DNA from: Collinsella sp.
GTDB lineage: Bacteria > Actinomycetota > Coriobacteriia > Coriobacteriales > Coriobacteriaceae
DNA: 64,000 nucleotides
Direction: 5' to 3'
Assembly: GCA_048342875.1 (NCBI GenBank)
Contig: DBGDEA010000037.1
Coordinates: 2,513-66,512 of the forward strand
A program made the position numbers and the translations under genes. The number at the start of each line of letters is the position of its first letter. Position 1 is the first letter of the stretch. Below are positions 63,264 to 64,000 of the stretch, one piece after another. Under the pieces are notes generated by a model, which saw only the letters and a list, made by a program, of their open reading frames with translations, was not told the DNA's origin and made no database searches.

Positions 63264-64000
63264 ATGTATGTCCGCCGTTATAAGCCAGAAGATGTGCTTC
63301 CAGAACGACTTGCAAGCTTAATGCGGAGTTTCGTCAATACGGACGGTAGAGTTGGCCTCTCGCAAATCGAGCTCGCGAGGCTCATGTACGAAAGGCGTTA
63401 CGGAGGAGAAAACCAATCGAGCATCGATGCTCAATGCGTAAAGAAGACGGACCAGGCGTGCAAGGCCATAGCGCGAAGGATTAGCCACTTCCTCAAGGGA
63501 GACCATTTCCCGAATTGGACTGATTTGGTCGAACTTGCCGATTTCTTCGGAAAACCAATCGGCTATCTAATCGGCGAAACGGACTGCGATTCGTACGAGC
63601 TCCAAGATGTCGCCGACATCGTTGGATTGGAGAGCGGGGCAGTCACCGCACTTAAAAGCATCACGGGGAAGGCAAGCGTAGAGTGGCCGCTTGGAAAGAC
63701 CACGCTGGAGAATGAGAAGCCATCTGCAGGGAGTGCCTTCATTGCCCAGGATATGGTCGAAAAAGCCAACGCAGAACTTAATGCTTGCAGGGCAGCTCTA
63801 AATCGCATGCTCACTGCCAGAACTTTCAAAGACTTGCTGATCAGCCTCTCAAATGTTGGTGAGAGTGAATACGAGTTATTGATGACGCGCCTTGATGCGG
63901 AGGTGGCGAAACTGCAGAGAGGTGATGATTCCAAAGGCGGTGACGAACCAGTCATGCAGCAGATGGCAAGAAAAGCGCAAGCGAGAGATGCTGGGCTGCG
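63264..64000 (+). CDS. XRE-like HTH regulator (partial, runs off the window; not in the ORF track)
   Basis: Manual translation MYVRRYKPEDVLPERLASLM...LSQIELARLM...PNWTDLVELADFFGKPIGYLIGETD; GAAAGG RBS. Confidence 0.75.
   Translation, partial: MYVRRYKPEDVLPERLASLMRSFVNTDGRVGLSQIELARLMYERRYGGENQSSIDAQCVKKTDQACKAIARRISHFLKGDHFPNWTDLVELADFFGKPIGYLIGETDCDSYELQDVADIVGLESGAVTALKSITGKASVEWPLGKTTLENEKPSAGSAFIAQDMVEKANAELNACRAALNRMLTARTFKDLLISLSNVGESEYELLMTRLDAEVAKLQRGDDSKGGDEPVMQQMARKAQARDAGL

Overview
High-GC actinobacterial chromosome segment. The gene content, including a multi-TM LuxR regulator, an Ech-type hydrogenase and an LPXTG Spy0128-repeat adhesin, suggests Coriobacteriia/Collinsella-like gut bacteria (inference). 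It contains: the 3' part of mgtA with an in-frame TGA; a Zn-ribbon/SPFH/lipoprotein operon; a two-sensor plus NarL locus; a GH1 glucosidase; an ATPase cassette flanked by a direct repeat; a ribokinase-nucleoside hydrolase-luxS cluster; an OatA-like acyltransferase; an MgtE-like/NRAMP-like pair with a candidate leader peptide; ABC exporters with a two-component system; a 2456-aa VWA/Spy0128 adhesin bracketed by ~155-bp hairpin elements; an ech operon with an EchA-EchB fusion; an HGDR-motif flavoenzyme (BilR-like); and, from ~60275, the edge of an island integrated in an initiator tRNA-Met gene, carrying a Schlafen/AlbA_2 ATPase. The intergenic DNA holds at least three distinct palindromic repeat families, one forming arrays with a fixed 17-25-17 geometry. 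Three genes carry single-base disruptions that may be sequencing errors. All calls come from motif recognition by eye; no searches were run.
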